Shown in pieces: positions 24,885-29,309 of a stretch of DNA of 29,309 nucleotides (its first letter is position 1; each line of letters starts with the position of its first letter). Location of the stretch: positions 1-29,309 of the IMG/VR virus record IMGVR_UViG_3300020045_014474; one strand, 5' to 3'. Position numbers and translations under genes: made by a program. Below the pieces are notes generated by a model. It was not told the DNA's origin and ran no database searches. It saw only the letters and a program-made list of their open reading frames with translations. The DNA is from a virus. Its lineage: Duplodnaviria > Caudoviricetes.

Positions 24885-25336
24885 TCGATCCTGACCCCCT
24901 CCGCAGATGGTGGATCGCTGATGTGATCGACCGCGTGGGCTGGTTGTATGGGCGGGGGATCGGTGGGCGAGAGACCCGCCGGATCAAAGTGAACGGATGC
25001 GCCGAAACGGCGAGGGATATCCGAGTCGGGGTACTCTTATCTGTGTATGATCAACTGCCACAAGATCCCAAATATGCCCGCCATATCGCCACGATCGAGC
25101 GAGGATGGCAGTGGGACTGGAAGCGCATAGTAGGCGTGGATGAGTGGCCCGCCACATCCCAGCCCCCCACCGTGTTTGATCTCGATCTGTGGGAATGGGC
25201 ATTTTTTCGCTTGGAATGGCTGGAGATGGTGTGGGCTGCGTGCGGATGGCGCGCGCCGCAATTGCTCCTCGATGGTCTCTGCCCCATCGACGAGCCACCG
25301 CAGATCCGGATCAGATTTTTGATCTCGCGAATCTGA
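24881..25336 (+). CDS. Hypothetical Trp-rich protein
   Basis: 151 aa; GTGA-coupled start; fills the operon up to the AT-rich gap. Confidence 0.6.
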   Translation: MIDPDPLRRWWIADVIDRVGWLYGRGIGGRETRRIKVNGCAETARDIRVGVLLSVYDQLPQDPKYARHIATIERGWQWDWKRIVGVDEWPATSQPPTVFDLDLWEWAFFRLEWLEMVWAACGWRAPQLLLDGLCPIDEPPQIRIRFLISRI

Positions 25337-25426
25337 TCTCATCTCCCTGATCACCTGAACAAAACACTGTATATCCCCCATAAAAATCGATACACTCTAA
25401 AAAAAATCATATGTGTTTTCGCGCAC

Positions 25427-25478
25427 TTTACATTTTTATGTAAAATAGTTTACACAAACGAAAAAAGATGAGTATACT
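25427..25478 (+). promoter_or_regulatory. Second rightward promoter with upstream palindrome
   Basis: TTTACA-N18-TATACT (25449-25478) in a very AT-rich gap; TTTACAT-TTTT-ATGTAAA at 25427-25444; leader hairpin GGGCGA/TCGCCC, then AAGGAGA. Confidence 0.65.
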
Positions 25479-25529
25479 AAGAATGTGAGGGCGAGACGGA
25501 TCGCCCCCAACAAATGAAGGAGAAAGAAG

Positions 25530-25868
25530 ATGAGTATCAATTTGGCTAGACTTCGAGTGGCAGAAGAAATCGACGACATGTCCAATCCATCGGAAAAGAC
25601 GATCGAGAAGTTCTTTTGGGCCATGAGAAGAGATCAAAACATCTCTCAGTCTTGGGCCGACTTTCGGTCTTGGGCTGGTATCTCCGAGGAGCCAAAGGAA
25701 GAGGAGAGAGGGGCCGAGAATAACGCGATCTGCCAAGCTGCAGCGGATTGTTCGGGGAGATCATGGGCCGATATCGTCGATCTATTTGTCGCCGATGGGG
25801 ACCTGTTGGCCGCCCGCAAGTGGATGGATGGCGAGACATATGCGGATGAGGAGGATATCCATGAGTGA
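25530..25868 (+). CDS. Hypothetical acidic early protein
   Basis: 112 aa; strong RBS; first gene after the promoter. Confidence 0.75.
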   Translation: MSINLARLRVAEEIDDMSNPSEKTIEKFFWAMRRDQNISQSWADFRSWAGISEEPKEEERGAENNAICQAAADCSGRSWADIVDLFVADGDLLAARKWMDGETYADEEDIHE

Positions 25869-26070
25869 AAAAGAATGCACCCATGAGGGCAAGTGTCTGC
25901 TCCCCCCCGATAGCTCGCTGCCCCGCTATGCCTGCCCAAAATGCGCGAGATGCGATTGTCCGAAGTGCATACAACGCAATTACAATAGGATGATGCACGA
26001 TCTGAAAAATACCTACAATCTGCGCGATCCATTCTACCCCTATAAAGAGGGAGGAGGGAGGGATCAATGA
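25861..26070 (+). CDS. Small Cys-rich (Zn-binding) protein
   Basis: ATG 25861 after GAGGAGG; ECTHEGKC...CPKCARCDCPKC. Confidence 0.7.
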   Translation: MSEKECTHEGKCLLPPDSSLPRYACPKCARCDCPKCIQRNYNRMMHDLKNTYNLRDPFYPYKEGGGRDQ

Positions 26071-26516
26071 GAAACGAGTCTATCCACCTCTCCCTCTCCC
26101 CCTTGGTGGTGGAGTGGCTGCGCGATCGTCCGGTCTCCATGAGCTTTGTAGCTGAACAGATCCTCCTACCCCACGCCCAGACCTGGCGCGCGGCGAAGGA
26201 CCTGCCGACCGTGAAAAAAATATCCTCCGACCTGGCCGCCAGGGGTGTACCCGCAATCCGGGTCGAGGGGGATCGGATTTTCTGGCTATATCGCGATGGC
26301 CGAATCAGGGGCCAGTTGGCGGTCCTGATCCAGCATGAGGGGACGGATTACACCTCCGTCCACCTCGAATCAAACCTGTTCGCGCTGCCCCCGCGCTGGA
26401 CAGAGTCGGATGAATGGGGATTGTTGGTTGAGCAGATAGAGGGACTTTTGGAAGACGCGGCCTATACGGCCACAGAAACCGCCGTGTTGGCGGAGGGAGA
26501 AAAGGAAGAAGAATAA
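26067..26516 (+). CDS. Hypothetical protein, possible N-terminal ribbon-helix-helix
   Basis: 149 aa; GGAGG RBS; ATGA-coupled; N-terminus SIHLSLSPLVVEWLR...SMSFVAEQIL has a beta-helix-helix pattern. Confidence 0.65.
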   Translation: MRNESIHLSLSPLVVEWLRDRPVSMSFVAEQILLPHAQTWRAAKDLPTVKKISSDLAARGVPAIRVEGDRIFWLYRDGRIRGQLAVLIQHEGTDYTSVHLESNLFALPPRWTESDEWGLLVEQIEGLLEDAAYTATETAVLAEGEKEEE

Positions 26517-26543
26517 GAAAACCCCGGTGTTTGCGCACCGGGG
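26515..26543 (-). terminator. Intrinsic terminator at the convergence of early and lysis transcripts
   Basis: Minus strand CCCCGGTG-CGCAAA-CACCGGGG-TTTTCTT. Confidence 0.85.
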
Positions 26544-26636
26544 CCAGAGCCGAGAAACTGTCAGAAACCCAGCCCCACTCCTGTTGTAAGGGGGATGGGG
26601 CAACAGGTCAAGACCGCAACCAGGCCCCCTTACAAT

Positions 26637-27515
26637 CTATCTCGTCGCCTCTCTGATCCCCACGATTCCCCCGCACACACCCGCCACAACCAACCCCGAG
26701 ACCAGCGCATGAGGCCAACAGGGTGGACAACGCACCTGGGCCACAGCAAGTTGTTTTGCCATGCAAGCCCGGATCTCGGCTTGGTATTTCTTCGCTTGTC
26801 CATCACAGACGATCCGCTCCAGGGCACGGGTGTGAAGCGATTGCGATGCAACGATCTGTCTACACTCTTTCTTTTCGATCTCGATATCCCGCTTCAATTT
26901 CTCGACCAGCAGCTTGTATCGATCGAGCAACACCAACAACTTGCGGGTGCGCTCTTTTTGCACCTGGGTGGCGGGCATCGATGCGGGGGAAGAGAAACCG
27001 GGGATGGGTAGGCAGACCAATAGCAGGATCAGCCAGGCCAGGACCATGGCGCCAAGGAGACCGAGGCGAACAAACCCGCCCTCTTTGTCGAGGTATCGGG
27101 TGTGTTTGTCGATCGCGGCATCGGTTTCGCGATCGAGATCCTCGGTTGTCTTGGCGCGGTCGACAACGGCTTTGGCCTTCTGTTCGGCGATCGAGACGCC
27201 CTCCCGATATTGTTGCTCCGAGACAAGCTTCTCTTCCCGTTTTTGGCGGGCATAAGCTTCAAGATCTCGCGCATTCTTTTCTCGTTGCTGGTCGAGCTTG
27301 GCTTGTGTTTCCCGGTCGGCCTGCGATTGTTTTTGGATGCGCGTCATATCGGCCTTCGATTGCTTGCGTATCAGGTCGTAAGCCTGTCCCGATCCAAACA
27401 ATGTGCCGATGATGGCGGCAATGCCTCCCCACAAGACCCAGACTAAAATCACGGCCACTACAATGATTCCAACGATGCACCAGGTGCGGTGTTTTTCCCA
27501 TATTTGCTTGATCAT
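26637..27515 (-). CDS. Membrane-anchored coiled-coil lysis accessory protein (spanin-like, possible fusion)
   Basis: 292 aa from ATG 27515 (GGAGA RBS, ATGA-coupled): TM, coiled coil, TM, Cys-rich coiled coil, C-terminal hydrophobic segment; last gene of the lysis cassette. Confidence 0.6.
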   Translation of the reverse strand: MIKQIWEKHRTWCIVGIIVVAVILVWVLWGGIAAIIGTLFGSGQAYDLIRKQSKADMTRIQKQSQADRETQAKLDQQREKNARDLEAYARQKREEKLVSEQQYREGVSIAEQKAKAVVDRAKTTEDLDRETDAAIDKHTRYLDKEGGFVRLGLLGAMVLAWLILLLVCLPIPGFSSPASMPATQVQKERTRKLLVLLDRYKLLVEKLKRDIEIEKKECRQIVASQSLHTRALERIVCDGQAKKYQAEIRACMAKQLAVAQVRCPPCWPHALVSGLVVAGVCGGIVGIREATR

Positions 27516-28165
27516 AGCGTTGTTTTCTCCACAGGCGGGGGGCCTGGATCTTCGGGGGGTGCGGCCTTGGCCTTGGCTATAGAATCGGGAGATCCGGGGG
27601 TCGGATTCCCTCCACTCCCCCCTCCCAAACGCATGGCCGCTGCACTTACGGCGTCGAGGATAGAGGCAGGTGGCGCTCGACCCGCGGTGACGTACACCGA
27701 TAAAGCCTGCGCGGATTCCACAAACGCCTTGAGGTGGAGTTGGTCGCGCAAGAGCCAGGATGCGAACCCGATCAACACAAGCAAGCCCACGAAACACCAG
27801 GGGGGCCAGCCCAGATCGAGAACCCCTTTGACGATTGATTTGCCGGGTTTGATGTCCGGCATTTTGCAGGCCTGCACCATCTTCAGATCCTTGGCTTTGG
27901 CAATGCATGCCTTGTGGGCCACAACAGCAGCCAAGGGCACGGTGTTTCCGGTATTCCAGGCAACCAACAACTGGCCTACAGAGGTCATGAGAACCAAAAA
28001 AATCCCCGGACATGACAACCAGAAAAACACGGTCGCGCCGAACGATCGGCGACGTTGTCCGCTCGGCTCCACCCCATCGGAAAACTGCCCACACCAAATA
28101 TCGATTTGATCAAGGGCCCCAAGTTGCGGGGATACCTGCATGGGCACGGGCGTGTGTTCGCTCAT
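27512..28165 (-). CDS. Holin-like membrane protein
   Basis: 217 aa from ATG 28165 (ATGA overlap with the endolysin stop); two to three hydrophobic segments; Pro/Gly-rich tail. Confidence 0.55.
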   Translation of the reverse strand: MSEHTPVPMQVSPQLGALDQIDIWCGQFSDGVEPSGQRRRSFGATVFFWLSCPGIFLVLMTSVGQLLVAWNTGNTVPLAAVVAHKACIAKAKDLKMVQACKMPDIKPGKSIVKGVLDLGWPPWCFVGLLVLIGFASWLLRDQLHLKAFVESAQALSVYVTAGRAPPASILDAVSAAAMRLGGGSGGNPTPGSPDSIAKAKAAPPEDPGPPPVEKTTL

Positions 28166-28710
28166 ACCAACACACCAAATCCAAGGATGGCCTTGGATTC
28201 GATGGATCGCCGGAGCTTTTTGACCGACCGCCCCCAATTCCCCTCGACGGTGATATAGGCAGACACCGCACCATCTTTCTTCTCGACATCGACGATGATG
28301 CCGACATGATCGACGATACGGCGGGCTGCCTCCTCGTCGATTTCGTCAAAGGCGGACGGGTCGAGTTGCCAATCAAAGAAAATGAGATCGCCGGGCTGCC
28401 CTTCATGGTTTCGATCGTACCAACCCGAGGCCTTCTTGCACTCGTCGATCAGCCTGTGGCAGCCGTAGCAGCCGACGCCGTGGCTGTGGACGATGGGATG
28501 TCCTGCCTCTTTGTAGGCCCACGAGGCAAAACAGGCGCACCATGCATCGCCCCACTGGAGTTGGCGGGGTTGTCCTTGTTTGTCGAACAACTCGATTTTC
28601 CAGCGGCTGTCCGTGACGGAGCGCATGTATTCCATGATGCGATCCCTGTTGTCAGTCTCGGTGACGCCGACCTCTCCGAGCGCGGCGTTGACAATATCCT
28701 CTCTACTCAT
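28162..28710 (-). CDS. CHAP-domain endolysin
   Basis: AWCACFASWAY (catalytic Cys), PGDLIFFDW, DHVGII (catalytic His) and ITVEGN. Confidence 0.92.
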   Translation of the reverse strand: MSREDIVNAALGEVGVTETDNRDRIMEYMRSVTDSRWKIELFDKQGQPRQLQWGDAWCACFASWAYKEAGHPIVHSHGVGCYGCHRLIDECKKASGWYDRNHEGQPGDLIFFDWQLDPSAFDEIDEEAARRIVDHVGIIVDVEKKDGAVSAYITVEGNWGRSVKKLRRSIESKAILGFGVLV

Positions 28711-29054
28711 TCGCCCTTCTCCTTTTTTTCCCGACTTTGCTCTATCCGATCGAGGCGCTTCTCAAGCCGCTTCTCGAAGCCTTTTAGCCAATCACTAATC
28801 TGCTGCCGAAACTCCTTATCCCTCAATTCAGCGAGCGCGACCCTGGACTCCAGGTGGATAAACTGCTCCTTCGAGGGAGAGTGGATTTGTACGATATGCT
28901 TGGTCTCGGTCTGGGTCGGGAGCCTTGCGATCCAGACGATCGGCGGTACCAAAAACGCGATGACCAACCCTGCCCAGATGAAGGGAGAAAAGCGGGTTTT
29001 GATCCGGTCGTAAAGCTCGCTTGAATCGAGCTTTGCGCGAGGTTCTGTACTCAC
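28707..29054 (-). CDS. Single-TM coiled-coil protein of the lysis cassette (holin/antiholin-like)
   Basis: GTG start at 29054 after AAAGGAGA; TM FIWAGLVIAFLVPPIVWI; C-terminal FEKRLEKRLDRIEQ. Confidence 0.65.
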   Translation of the reverse strand: MSTEPRAKLDSSELYDRIKTRFSPFIWAGLVIAFLVPPIVWIARLPTQTETKHIVQIHSPSKEQFIHLESRVALAELRDKEFRQQISDWLKGFEKRLEKRLDRIEQSREKKEKGE

Positions 29055-29309
29055 ATGGTCTCCTTTGATTGCGGCGATGGCAGGGGCGACGCGGGTGGGG
29101 GGATCGGACTTGGTGCGAGTGGTACCGCGCTCGGAGTGGCGGGGGTTATAGGCCCACCGCTCGGAGTGGGAGAAGCTGCTTGGGTGGGAGAGACTGGCCC
29201 CGATGTATACGCCGAAACAGCCGAAGCTCCCTGCCCGGCCCCCACGCATGCCACGATCAGCCCGCCCAAGGTTTCGGGCCACTTGGAGACGAGGGGGTTC
29301 TGTTTTGGG
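29051..29309 (-). CDS. Partial membrane protein (holin-like), C-terminal part
   Basis: Frame open to the window edge: PKQNPLVSKWPETLGGLIVACVGAGQGASAVSAY plus a Pro-rich tail; stop overlaps the next GTG. Confidence 0.55.
   Translation of the reverse strand, partial: PKQNPLVSKWPETLGGLIVACVGAGQGASAVSAYTSGPVSPTQAASPTPSGGPITPATPSAVPLAPSPIPPPASPLPSPQSKETM

Noticed and set aside
26630-27501. Embedded Rz1-type lipoprotein ORF in alternative frames
   Set aside because: The minus-strand ORFs 26630..26851, 27029..27274 and 27259..27501 lack a hydrophobic signal and lipobox.
1-29309. Stop-codon reassignment, reverse transcriptase/DGR, introns or inteins
   Set aside because: Genes tile the window under the standard code with all three stops in use; no RT motif, variable-repeat pair or intein-like insertion was seen in terminase, portal or helicase.

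Overview
About 29 kb of a tailed dsDNA phage genome (siphovirus-like), apparently most of a circularly permuted genome, with no host genes in view. A long leftward (minus-strand) unit runs from a Cro-like HTH gene (23255) through a structured non-coding segment with a tRNA-like element, a DUF3987-type primase-helicase, two adenine methyltransferases, a DEDD exonuclease and a Tad1-family anti-defence protein. It continues into terminase, portal, head, neck, tail tube, frameshifted tail chaperones, tape measure and a Cys-rich lipoprotein. A short rightward early unit (23409-26516, including an ERF recombinase) starts at divergent promoters with three palindromic operators and converges on a minus-strand lysis cassette (CHAP endolysin plus four membrane proteins). 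No integrase or CI repressor is visible. The most notable signals are: a ~390-nt densely base-paired region ending in a cloverleaf with a 5-nt anticodon loop; two mirror-image iteron arrays with identical spacing that bracket the helicase domain; a Tad1 homologue with substitutions in its conserved C-terminal motifs; a MopE-type Cys motif inside a methyltransferase; and a possible single-chain spanin-like protein. All family calls come from motif recognition by eye; no database searches or folding programs were run.
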